A DNA stretch of 64,000 nucleotides from Pseudomonadota bacterium. Its GTDB lineage: Bacteria; Chloroflexota; UBA5177; JAJPKF01. The notes beneath the pieces are model-generated. The model ran no database searches. It saw only the letters and a program-made list of their open reading frames with translations, and was not told the origin of the DNA. The stretch spans positions 128,355 to 192,354 of the forward strand of contig JAJPKF010000025.1 in assembly GCA_021323865.1 (NCBI GenBank), read 5' to 3'. Shown here in pieces: positions 1-8,747 of this stretch (positions are counted from its first letter, which is position 1; the number at the start of each line of letters is the position of its first letter). A program made the translations under genes and the position numbers.

Positions 1-1
1 G

Positions 2-328
2 GAGCTTGACCTGGCCAAGGCCGAGATGGCCCAGAAGGGCAAGGAGGCAGGTCTGGGGATCGGCATGTTCGGGGCAGCGGGCATCGTGGCGCTGTTTGCG
101 CTGGGATGCTTCACCGCCTGTCTCATCGCGGCGATCGGGATGGCGGTACAGGTCTGGTTGGCGGCGCTGATCGTGGGCGTCGTTTACCTGGCCATAGCGG
201 GTGTCGTGGCCCTCGTGGGCAAGACCCGGCTCCAGGAAGGCATGCCGCCCAAGCCCGACCAGACCATTCAAACCGTCAAGGAGGATGTGCAATGGGCCAA
301 GACCCAAGCGAAATCCGCGAGAACATAG
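2..328 (+). CDS. Holin-X / phage-holin-family-like small membrane protein (5' end outside window)
   Basis: Frame open from window edge (ELDLAKAEMAQKGKEAG...); two hydrophobic helices (GIGMFGAAGIVALFALGCF, VWLAALIVGVVYLAIAGVVALV) then charged tail; stop TAG 326-328. Confidence 0.7.
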   Translation, partial: ELDLAKAEMAQKGKEAGLGIGMFGAAGIVALFALGCFTACLIAAIGMAVQVWLAALIVGVVYLAIAGVVALVGKTRLQEGMPPKPDQTIQTVKEDVQWAKTQAKSART

Positions 329-855
329 AGGACACCCGGCAGCGTATGGGCGAGACGGTCGAAGCCCTGAGCTACAAGACCGACGTCCGAGCCCGTGTCG
401 GTGATGCCGTGACCAACAAGCGAGACGCACTTCTCGACAGGAAGGACCAATTTGTGAATCGCATCGTCGGAGCGGCGCCCGATCCGAACCAGGTTCAGGC
501 CAACGCTCGTCAAGCCGTCAGCGTCGCCCAGGAGAACCCGTTGGGCCTGGGAATCGGCGCGATTGCGCTGGGTTTCCTGGCCGGTATGCTGGTGCCCACC
601 ACGGCCATGGAGAACGAGAAGATCGGCCCCATGGCCGACCAGGTGAAAGCCCAGGCGGCCGACACGGCCCAGCAGGCGCTGGAGCACGGCAAACAGGTCG
701 CTCAGGATACGCTCCAGGCCGCCTCTCAGACGGCGCAGCAAAGCGCGCAGGAGCATGGCCAGCAGCTCGCCGAATCGGCGAAGCAGGACGCCCAGTCGAC
801 GGCAGGCTCCGTCAAATCGACGGCCTCCTCGACCAGCGGAGGAACTGACTTCTAG
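292..855 (+). CDS. DUF3618 domain-containing protein
   Basis: ATG 292 preceded by AAGGAGGA (278-285); MGQDPSEIRENIEDTRQRMGETVEALSYKTDV is the DUF3618-type N-terminus; one central TM; Q/A-rich tail; overlaps upstream gene by 37 nt. Confidence 0.75.
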   Translation: MGQDPSEIRENIEDTRQRMGETVEALSYKTDVRARVGDAVTNKRDALLDRKDQFVNRIVGAAPDPNQVQANARQAVSVAQENPLGLGIGAIALGFLAGMLVPTTAMENEKIGPMADQVKAQAADTAQQALEHGKQVAQDTLQAASQTAQQSAQEHGQQLAESAKQDAQSTAGSVKSTASSTSGGTDF

Positions 856-960
856 GGCACAGGGGTCACGGGCTCGGGCGTTGGTTCGCCTGGGCCCGTT
901 TTCTCTTTCTGAACCTTGGTCCCAAAGTCAACCGGCAGAAGTCGCCGCCCAAAGTGCAGC

Positions 961-1539
961 ATGGTATACGCCCCTGAGGACGAGGCACTGCGGCCGGGAG
1001 TTGCATTGGAGAGATACGTCGCCCTACTCCGCGGAGTGAACGTGGGCGGGAAGCAGCTCTCCATGCAGTCACTCCGGGCTCTGCTCGAGTCGCTGGGGTA
1101 CCAGCACGTCACCACATACATTCAGAGCGGCAACGCCGTCTTTACGGGTGGCGATTCGGGTCCGCCGAAGCCGGGGCGGGTCGAGGAACGGATTGCCGCC
1201 GAGCTGCAGATGAATATTCGCGTCATCATTCGGTCTCAGGTCGAGCTGGCGGACGTCGTTGACCGGAACCCCTTCCCGGCCACGGGCGAGGACTCCCGCA
1301 CGCTGCACGTCACCTTCCTGGCCGACGAGCCGAGCGCTGAGGCGGTGCACGGGCTGGCCGGCGAGTCGTATGCGCCCGATCAGTTCGCCATTGTGGGGCG
1401 GGAGGTCTATCTCCGCTGTCCGGAGGGATATGGCCGGTCCAAGCTGGGCAACGCGTTCTGGGAGCGCCGCCTCGGCGTCGCCGCCACCACACGCAATTGG
1501 AACACGGTGAATACGCTTCTCCGGATGGCGAGCGCCTAA
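961..1539 (+). CDS. DUF1697 domain-containing protein
   Basis: RYVALLRGVNVGGKQLSMQSLRALLESLGYQHVTTYIQSGNAVF matches DUF1697 N-terminal signature; ATG 961 preferred over TTG 916 (start uncertain). Confidence 0.8.
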   Translation: MVYAPEDEALRPGVALERYVALLRGVNVGGKQLSMQSLRALLESLGYQHVTTYIQSGNAVFTGGDSGPPKPGRVEERIAAELQMNIRVIIRSQVELADVVDRNPFPATGEDSRTLHVTFLADEPSAEAVHGLAGESYAPDQFAIVGREVYLRCPEGYGRSKLGNAFWERRLGVAATTRNWNTVNTLLRMASA

Positions 1540-1580
1540 TCGCGGCGCGACGAGCCGCCGCACGGGACGCCTCCTAGAAA

Positions 1581-1970
1581 GTGCCAATGCCCGATCTTTC
1601 GCGTCGCCGCATCGCATCACAGCTTGTGCCTAACCTGAGGGTTGGCCTCCGCATCTGCGGCCAGGTCCTCGTTTGGGCCTTGATACTCCGCATTGCCTGG
1701 CGATCGTCTACGGATTTGAGACTGCGCGCCATCATCGCTTTCGCGGTGGGAGCAGCTGTCTCGGGTTCCGCTACGCTCCTCATGGATCGATACCTCCCAG
1801 CCGGCGGTAAGACGCGGCTTGTCATCGGCACGCTCGCCGCGTGGATCCTCATTGGAGGCTGGGTTGCAGTGAGCGCTTGGCTCGGACTCGGCCGTTGGGT
1901 TGAGGCACCGGAACTCGGGTTCAGCCCGGCCTCGGGCATACCACTGCTGTCGCGTCCTACGACGCCTTAG
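1581..1970 (+). CDS. hypothetical membrane protein (about 3 TM)
   Basis: 129-aa ORF with three hydrophobic stretches; no recognisable family; competing shadow ORFs on the other strand. Confidence 0.4.
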   Translation: MPMPDLSRRRIASQLVPNLRVGLRICGQVLVWALILRIAWRSSTDLRLRAIIAFAVGAAVSGSATLLMDRYLPAGGKTRLVIGTLAAWILIGGWVAVSAWLGLGRWVEAPELGFSPASGIPLLSRPTTP

Positions 1971-2061
1971 GCAGACCGATTTCGTCGAGCGGCCTGAGCG
2001 CGGTCCCCTGGATTGCCCAGCAGCAAACCGGGCCATGTCCCGCCTTGCGACCGGCCGGTCC

Positions 2062-2490
2062 TCAGTCGGTTGCCGGCACGATCTCGAATTCACTGTGGAT
2101 CGCCACGCTCTTGCTCAACATGGCGTGGACCGAGCAGTAGCGCTCCTCGGACAGCTCGATCGATCGGCGAACCGCCTCGGGCGCAACATTGCGGCCCGTT
2201 ATGACATGCCGCAAGGCAATGTCGGTGAACACGCGCGGATGCTCATCCGCCCGGCGGCCCGCAACCTCGACTCGGTAAGCGGTCACGTCCTGCCGCTTCT
2301 TGCGGAGGATGCTGATCACGTCCATGGCCGTGCAGCCGGCAAGCGCGGCCAGGACCGTTTCCATGGGCGACAGACCGCCCTCGGTGGGTATGGTGTCCAT
2401 GGCGATGGCCGACCCCTCGCCATTGGTGGCGTCAAACCGCAGCTCCTCACGCAGATCCACGGTCACGCGATTTACCGTCTCCGCCGCCAC
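2062..2490 (-). CDS. OsmC family peroxiredoxin-like protein
   Basis: 142 aa; LSPMETVLAALAGCTAMDV and ...EERYCSVHAML carry the two conserved OsmC/Ohr cysteines. Confidence 0.85.
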   Translation of the reverse strand: MAAETVNRVTVDLREELRFDATNGEGSAIAMDTIPTEGGLSPMETVLAALAGCTAMDVISILRKKRQDVTAYRVEVAGRRADEHPRVFTDIALRHVITGRNVAPEAVRRSIELSEERYCSVHAMLSKSVAIHSEFEIVPATD

Positions 2491-2601
2491 TCACTCGTCT
2501 CCGGCTGAGGAATCAGATCGCCCCGCACGGCACCACACGGAGAAGTGGGGTCGCCGGCAGTCGGGCGCGGGGCCGGACATCGTCCGGCACCGCAATACCA
2601 G

Positions 2602-3360
2602 CTACGCGTTCTCGGAGAGCTGAATCACCGCGAACGCGGCGCCCACCGGATCCTGAATCACGGCCATGGGGCCGAGCGGTGTGGGCTGCGGGCCGGCGAG
2701 AATCTGTGCTCCAAGTTCGCGGGCCTTGCTGACCGTGGCATCGGTGTTGTCGACCGCGAAGTACGTGAGCCAGTGCGGTGGCACGGAGTCGGGAAGGAAG
2801 CCCATGTTCATGCCGCCGGCCACGGGGTGGTCACCGAGCTTGAACACCGTGTAAGGCCCCATATCCATCTGCTGCTCGTCGATCGTCCAGCCGAACACGG
2901 TGCTGTAGAACTCCTGCGCCCGGGGCACATCTCGCGTGTACAGCTCGTTCCAGCAGAAGCTTCCGGGCTTGTTCACCAGCTGTGCGCCGCGATGAGCCTG
3001 GGGCTGCCACAGGCAGAAGAAAGCCCCGGTCGGGTCGCTCAGGACGGCCATCTGACCCTGGCCCATGACGTCAAACGGCTCCATGATGACTTGAGCGTCG
3101 GCCTCGGCGGCCTTCCGGGCCGTCTCCTTGGCATCGTCGGTTCCGATGTACGTCGACCACGCCGGGTGTTGCTCGGGGCTCTGAGTTGGCCCGCCTCCGG
3201 CGACCATCTTGCCGTCGACCAGGAAGAGGGTGTACCCGCCACCTCCCTCCGGTACCTCCGCCGTCCATCCGAACAGATCCTGATAGAAGCTGCGCGTCTT
3301 CTCGATGTCCGAGCTGGAAACGTCTACCCAGATCGGGACTCCGGGACCCAAATCGCTCAT
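2602..3360 (-). CDS. VOC (glyoxalase/bleomycin-resistance) family protein, two-domain
   Basis: Two tandem VOC modules (IWVDVSSSDIEKTRSFYQDLFGW... and CWNELYTRDVPRAQEFYSTVFGW...); ATG 3360 preceded by AAGGAGGA. Confidence 0.85.
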   Translation of the reverse strand: MSDLGPGVPIWVDVSSSDIEKTRSFYQDLFGWTAEVPEGGGGYTLFLVDGKMVAGGGPTQSPEQHPAWSTYIGTDDAKETARKAAEADAQVIMEPFDVMGQGQMAVLSDPTGAFFCLWQPQAHRGAQLVNKPGSFCWNELYTRDVPRAQEFYSTVFGWTIDEQQMDMGPYTVFKLGDHPVAGGMNMGFLPDSVPPHWLTYFAVDNTDATVSKARELGAQILAGPQPTPLGPMAVIQDPVGAAFAVIQLSENA

Positions 3361-3471
3361 GCCGTCCTCCTTGAGACTGCGCCGGCCAACAAGGGCCGGC
3401 TCTCGACAACCTGAACCTAGCACGTCGGCGGGGTGCCGTTTGTGCGCCGCCGCACCGCGCGAAACGCTAGC

Positions 3472-4263
3472 TTACCGTGTCTTCTTGCGGGCGATCCAGG
3501 CTTCCTCGGCCGGCCACTGACGTGCCCATTCGCCGTCCACGAACTCATAACCGGTGCGTGCGCCCTCGGGAGGCTGAAGCTCCACCAGGTTCTCGATCTC
3601 GAACCCGTTGGCCCGGAGCAGACGGACCCAATCGCCGTGGTTGATATGAAACTCCACGGCGGTCGTGTCGGGAAACTCGAAACGGTGCATGCCGAAATAG
3701 GGCCGTTTGAGCACGTTGTCGGCGGGGACTTCTTCGTCGAAGACGCAGAGCATAAGGATGGCCGCGTTGCCCAGGAAGATCAGACGGCCACCGGGTCGGA
3801 GCAGTCGGGCCGCCTCCGGTATCCAACGGTAGGGATCGCACCAGATGGCGGCTCCATACTCGCTGATCGCCAGATCAAAGCTGGCATCCGGATAGGGGAC
3901 GGTCTCGGCATTCCCGAAGAGCAGAGGGAAGGCGAGATTGAACTCCCGCTGATAGCGACGGGCGGTCTCCAGCTGGGCCGGAGAGTTGTCGATGCCGACC
4001 GGCCTCGCTCCGCGCCGCGCCAGCCAGGCCGAAACGTAGGCGGTCCCGCAGCCAAGCTCGATGACATCCAACCCCGATACATCGGGCAGAAGACCAACCT
4101 CCTCTTCGGGGAGGCCCCAGATGCCCCACGTGATCCGGTTCTCCGACCAGCGCCGGTGCCCACCTTCGACGTAGTCCTTGGCATACTCGTCCCAGCTGGC
4201 TCGGTTTCGGAGGACGTAGTCCGGCAGATCCGTTGACATGGCACGCCAATCTAGCAGCGTCAT
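3472..4263 (-). CDS. class I SAM-dependent methyltransferase
   Basis: Motif I VIELGCGTAYVSAWLARRGARPVGIDNS; post-I and motif II regions present; alternative start ATG 4239. Confidence 0.85.
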   Translation of the reverse strand: MTLLDWRAMSTDLPDYVLRNRASWDEYAKDYVEGGHRRWSENRITWGIWGLPEEEVGLLPDVSGLDVIELGCGTAYVSAWLARRGARPVGIDNSPAQLETARRYQREFNLAFPLLFGNAETVPYPDASFDLAISEYGAAIWCDPYRWIPEAARLLRPGGRLIFLGNAAILMLCVFDEEVPADNVLKRPYFGMHRFEFPDTTAVEFHINHGDWVRLLRANGFEIENLVELQPPEGARTGYEFVDGEWARQWPAEEAWIARKKTR

Positions 4264-4327
4264 CCCAGTTTGGGCGCCGCATGATGGCGTTCACGCCACG
4301 TATGGCTTCGGATCCCCTTGCCGGGAA

Positions 4328-5203
4328 CTAACGGGTGACGGCAGCCTCGTGTTCCGGAGTGGAAGGCTCCTCGGCTGCAGCCTCCAGGTCTCGAAGCAGA
4401 TCGCCGAACAGCTCCACCGCGTTGTGACGGCGATCGGGCACTGTCGTGGGCAGGTCGAGGTGATAGGTCCCGCTGGGAAGTATGCCGCAGCCTCCATAGC
4501 GCCGGATCAACAGAAACTGGACCACAACCTCTTCGCCCGCGTGCTCAGGGGGAAGTCGCCGCCACCAGGAGAAGCCGCCCACGTCCAGCAGCTTCTCACG
4601 GTCGTAGAGCACGTTGGCCCCGCCGATCCACGCCACCTTGTAGCGGACGGGCACGCCGTTCGTCACCAGCTTCCGCTCCAGGTGCAGCGGATTGGCTGCG
4701 TTGTTGACCCGATGGCGGTCCCACGGCACCCAGTGCTCGTCGAACGGCTCCGGCCGGACCGGTCCGGTCCACAGCTCAATGTTTTGCTCGTGCGGGCGGA
4801 CATCGTGAATGAGGTGCAGACCGGTGGCCGGACAACCCACGAACCCGCAGCCCTCACGCCGTATCACAGCCATCGTCCGCGCCATCGTCTGGGGATCCAG
4901 CAGCACATCGTCGTCCAGATAGTGCACGTACGGCGCGCGACTCTGATCGAGCAGGAACTGCCGCTGCTCGGCGAGACCGCGGGCTGGAAGGTGCGTGAGC
5001 AGCTTGACCTTGTGACCATGCCATTCCAACGCGCGACAGACGGTCTGAATCTCCTTGCTCTGCAGGTACGCCTCGCCCGCCGGCGTCTGATCGGAGACCA
5101 CCACGTCGAAGTCCCGGAAGGTCTGGCCCAGGAGGCTGGTCAGCAGCATGGCGAGCCCCAGCGGGCGGCCGCAGGTGGGGATGAGAACGTCGACGGCCGC
5201 CAT
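4328..5203 (-). CDS. glycosyltransferase family 2
   Basis: MAAVDVLIPTCGRP...FDVVVSDQ...YLDDDV (DxD) GT-A signature; long ORF upstream of ATG 5203 is Arg/Pro-rich shadow. Confidence 0.85.
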   Translation of the reverse strand: MAAVDVLIPTCGRPLGLAMLLTSLLGQTFRDFDVVVSDQTPAGEAYLQSKEIQTVCRALEWHGHKVKLLTHLPARGLAEQRQFLLDQSRAPYVHYLDDDVLLDPQTMARTMAVIRREGCGFVGCPATGLHLIHDVRPHEQNIELWTGPVRPEPFDEHWVPWDRHRVNNAANPLHLERKLVTNGVPVRYKVAWIGGANVLYDREKLLDVGGFSWWRRLPPEHAGEEVVVQFLLIRRYGGCGILPSGTYHLDLPTTVPDRRHNAVELFGDLLRDLEAAAEEPSTPEHEAAVTR

Positions 5204-5252
5204 CAGCGATCCTGCACGCGTCGGAGGGGTCGCCGAAAACCAGTCTGGCCCG

Positions 5253-7394
5253 TCACCGTCCCATCGCGACCATGCTCGGAGCTGCGGCCGGCTCCCGACC
5301 GAGCAGCTCCATCGCCGCATCCACCACGTCCTGCGTGTCGATGGCGTCGATGCGCCACTGACCGGACCGAGCCCGCCGGCGCAGCAGCCGAACTCCCTGC
5401 CGGTCCAACGGCCCCCACCGGGCCGGGTCCTCTGGACCGTACAGGAGCACGGCGGACGTCGCGACGGCCTCGGCAAGATGGCCGGGGCCGCTGTCATTGC
5501 CGATGAACAGGTCGGCGCGCTCCAACAGAGCGGCAAGGCCACCGAGACTCGTACGTCCGGTGAGGTTGAGTGTTCGGCCGAGCATCCGGTCTGCAACGCC
5601 GCGGCTGAGATCCGTTTCGTCGGCCGACCCGGTGAGGACGACCTGCGCGCCAACGGTCTCGATGAGCTGCAGCCCCACCTCGGCGAACCGACCGGTGGGC
5701 CAGCGGCGAGACAGCGATCGTGCCCCCGGGTGCATGACAACCAGGTGACGGCCGCGCTCATACCCCCTGAGCAGCGCTTCCATCTCGGCTCGGTCGTCAG
5801 GCGTCACCGGAAACTCGAGCCGGGCATCGTTCGCGTCCGCCCCCAGCAGCGCCACGAGACTGAGGTTCCTCATGACCTCCGGCTGATCGTGGGGATAGGG
5901 CGCCGACAGATGCAGGCGAGTCTGACCATCCGGCGTATGGAACCCAACGGTCCGAGCAGCGTGCAGCGCAGCCACGAAACCGTTGCTGTGCTGGCCGCTA
6001 CCATGCATCTGAATGGCCAGGTCGTACTGATGAGCCGCCTCCCGAGCCAAGAAGTTCTCGGCAACGACCGGCTGGAACGGGGCCTCGACGATGCCCGGGT
6101 AGCCGGGGAACTCGAGAAAGCGGTCGATGTAGGCATCGAAGCGGTCGGCGAAGGCTCGGCACCAGGGAAGGCCGATCAGCGTGATCTGGGCCCTCGGATA
6201 CCGGCGCCGGAGGGCCCGCAGCGCAGGAACGGCCAGGAGCATGTCGCCCAGATTGAGGGCGCGCAGGACGGCGATCCTGGGGGAACGGTCGGCGTTGATG
6301 GGCACAGCGGCTTCCCGCTGCCGCGGCTCCGCGACGCTCTCGGTCCGTGTGGTGCGCGCGTTCAGCACGTCTTCGACAGCCGTCACCACCTCCTCGGGAT
6401 CGATCTCGAGACATGGTTTGCCGATTGGGCATTCGAACCGGTAACAGGGATGGCAAAAGGTGGCCCGACGCAGCAGCCGGTGGGGCACGCGGCGGGGTCG
6501 CCATTGCGACTCCAAATCAGTGCCCGAATAGAGCGCCACGATCGGGGTGCCCAGCGCATCGGCGAGATGCAGCGGAAGCGAATTGTTGCAGATGACCACG
6601 GAGGCCGCTGCGATCAACGCGGCGTAGTCGACGATGCTCAGATCGATAGGAGCGAGCCGCGCTGCCGGGGCAATGGCCGCCAGCTCCGCCATGGCGGATG
6701 CTTCCCGTGGGACTCCCGTGACGAGCACGGGCATGCACCGCTCCAATAACTGGGCCACGCGGCCGTAGGCCTCGGCGGGGTAGCGCCGGGCCTCGGCCGA
6801 GGCGCCCGGGTGAACCAGCGCAAACGGTTCCCCCGGCTCGACACCATATGCCTGCAGCAGCCGTTTGGACCGCTCAGGCCACTCGGGTACCGACACCTCC
6901 AGATCCGGACGACCTCGGAACCCTGCCGCCTCCACCAGGGCCAGATTGCGATCGACCTGATGCATCTCATCGGGCAATGACCGCAGCTCCAGGGTCAGCA
7001 TGCCGCCGCCGAACTCCCTCGACTCGCCGGCGCGGAGCGGAATCCGGGCCAGGTAACAGAGGGATGCGGCCGGATAGGGCGTCTGACTGAACGAGGTGAA
7101 GATGAACGCGCCGTCAAACCGGCCGGCGCGAAGCCGTTCCACATAGTCCGGCTCCCGTTCGGGATCCAGTGGCATCTTCGCCTTCGTGTCCTGCCAGACG
7201 GCGCGCATGACCATCGCGTCGTCGACCCAGGGCAGAAGCCTGGCCGCCCGGGCGCCGCCAGGACTTGCCAGCACGGTGATCTCGGCGCACGGCGATGTCG
7301 CCTTGATGGCCCGGAGAGCGGGGCCAAGCATGACCATGTCTCCGGCGTTGTCGAGCCGCACCGCGAGGAGACGTCTGGCCTCACGCCAGGCCAT
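5253..7394 (-). CDS. glycosyltransferase family 9 protein with two tandem heptosyltransferase-like modules
   Basis: Two copies of the GT9 N-terminal pattern (LLAVRLDNAGDMVMLGPALRAIK... and IAVLRALNLGDMLLAVPALRALRRRYP...) and two C-terminal NDSGP/NNSLP motifs in one ORF; start ATG 7394 or TTG 7427. Confidence 0.8.
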   Translation of the reverse strand: MAWREARRLLAVRLDNAGDMVMLGPALRAIKATSPCAEITVLASPGGARAARLLPWVDDAMVMRAVWQDTKAKMPLDPEREPDYVERLRAGRFDGAFIFTSFSQTPYPAASLCYLARIPLRAGESREFGGGMLTLELRSLPDEMHQVDRNLALVEAAGFRGRPDLEVSVPEWPERSKRLLQAYGVEPGEPFALVHPGASAEARRYPAEAYGRVAQLLERCMPVLVTGVPREASAMAELAAIAPAARLAPIDLSIVDYAALIAAASVVICNNSLPLHLADALGTPIVALYSGTDLESQWRPRRVPHRLLRRATFCHPCYRFECPIGKPCLEIDPEEVVTAVEDVLNARTTRTESVAEPRQREAAVPINADRSPRIAVLRALNLGDMLLAVPALRALRRRYPRAQITLIGLPWCRAFADRFDAYIDRFLEFPGYPGIVEAPFQPVVAENFLAREAAHQYDLAIQMHGSGQHSNGFVAALHAARTVGFHTPDGQTRLHLSAPYPHDQPEVMRNLSLVALLGADANDARLEFPVTPDDRAEMEALLRGYERGRHLVVMHPGARSLSRRWPTGRFAEVGLQLIETVGAQVVLTGSADETDLSRGVADRMLGRTLNLTGRTSLGGLAALLERADLFIGNDSGPGHLAEAVATSAVLLYGPEDPARWGPLDRQGVRLLRRRARSGQWRIDAIDTQDVVDAAMELLGREPAAAPSMVAMGR

Positions 7395-7493
7395 CGTTGA
7401 GGAAGTCGGCGGCTGAACAAGCTGCAACAGAGATACCGGGATGAGATGCTGTGAGTTTCCGACCGTACGGGAGAGGCTGGGGTACTGAGTGGT

Positions 7494-8741
7494 CTAGTCG
7501 GCCTCCTTGAGAGACCGGAGGGTGAGCGCGACCTTCGCCTGCACCGCTTCCTCGAACCGTCGGGGATCGAGACCCGTCAAGGAGGTGATCTTGTCCAGAC
7601 GGTACGCGAGCGTGTTCCGGTGAATGGAGAGCTTAGCCGCCGTGAGCGAAGCGCTGCAGTCATTGGCAAAGAAGGTGTCAAGCGTGGCCAGCAGCTCCGG
7701 CTCGTGATCCAGAGGGCTCAAGAGATGGGTGGCCAGATCAATCTTGGTGCTCTCGTCGGGCACCCCGATGAAGGCCGCGATCCCCAGTCCGTCGAGGCAG
7801 TGAACCCGATTCTGACCATGAAATCGTCGGCCCAGGCGCAGCGCCGCGCGCGCGTCTCGATAGGAGCTGGCCAGGCCGCGGATGCCCGGATGGTAGCGGC
7901 CGATTCCCACGTTGATGGTGGAACGGGTATCGCACCGTAACCGCTCCAACAGTCCGGCGGACGCGCGTTTGAGAGCCGTCAGGTTCGCCCACGACGCGAC
8001 CCAGTGCTGCTCGCCTTCCTCGGCCTCCGTCCATGCGAAGAGATCCCGAGTGCTGCTGGCCTTCAGCACCACCACCTCCCCCTCACCGAAGTAGGCACAG
8101 ATGGTGTCGTTGGGGAGATCGAAGAAGCGCACCACGCCGGCGATGACCAATTGGGCCCGCCTGGCCACCACATCCTCGGTCGGCTCATCCGGGTCGGACC
8201 GGAGGATGAACTCCTTGGCATCGATCAGAATGACGGCTCTGGGCGCCGAGAAATCCATTCCTAGGACGGCGGCCTCCCGAAGCACCGACGCCTCGTCCCG
8301 CCAGTTCCCCAGCAGCAGATCATGGATGAGCTTGCCCTTGAGAGCGCTCGTATTGGGAAGCCGCTCCACCACGGCGGTCTGGTTGACGATGAGATCCACC
8401 ATCACTCGGGCGAGACCCGGCGAGATCACCTCTCCGTTCCGCGGCTCCGCGATGACGATTTCGGCGTTTCGGTCGTCCAGGCGCAGCGGTACCCGCAGAT
8501 AGCTCGTCTGGGAGGCCGGCAAGGTATCGAAACGGGCCCCGATCAGGCCCGCCTGATCGCTGGCCACCACCACGCCCCGCTCGTCCAGAACCACCGTGTT
8601 GGTGCTCAGAGATTGCGAAGTTCGCTCGGCGAGCGCCTCCGCCACGCGCTCGAATCCGTCGACGACGATGCCCACGCTGGGTTTCCTTGGGTCGCTTTGC
8701 GACCAAGAGGCAAGTGCTATGCCATTGGAGTCGCGTACCAC
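7494..8741 (-). CDS. PucR/CdaR-family transcriptional regulator
   Basis: C-terminal PucR-type HTH (SLTAAKLSIHRNTLAYRLDKITSLTGLDPRRFEE); GGDEF-like middle region; GTG start, N-terminus uncertain. Confidence 0.8.
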   Translation of the reverse strand: MVRDSNGIALASWSQSDPRKPSVGIVVDGFERVAEALAERTSQSLSTNTVVLDERGVVVASDQAGLIGARFDTLPASQTSYLRVPLRLDDRNAEIVIAEPRNGEVISPGLARVMVDLIVNQTAVVERLPNTSALKGKLIHDLLLGNWRDEASVLREAAVLGMDFSAPRAVILIDAKEFILRSDPDEPTEDVVARRAQLVIAGVVRFFDLPNDTICAYFGEGEVVVLKASSTRDLFAWTEAEEGEQHWVASWANLTALKRASAGLLERLRCDTRSTINVGIGRYHPGIRGLASSYRDARAALRLGRRFHGQNRVHCLDGLGIAAFIGVPDESTKIDLATHLLSPLDHEPELLATLDTFFANDCSASLTAAKLSIHRNTLAYRLDKITSLTGLDPRRFEEAVQAKVALTLRSLKEAD

Positions 8742-8747
8742 GCCCGT

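Noticed and set aside
5148-6749. 533-aa plus-strand ORF, and similar long ORFs at 12564-14381, 19467-20741, 19891-20967, 20969-21892, 22558-23904, 36608-38065 and 62563-63657
   Set aside because: These are Arg/Pro/Gly/Ala-rich translations lying antisense or out of frame to genes with clear family signatures. They are typical shadow ORFs of high-GC DNA.
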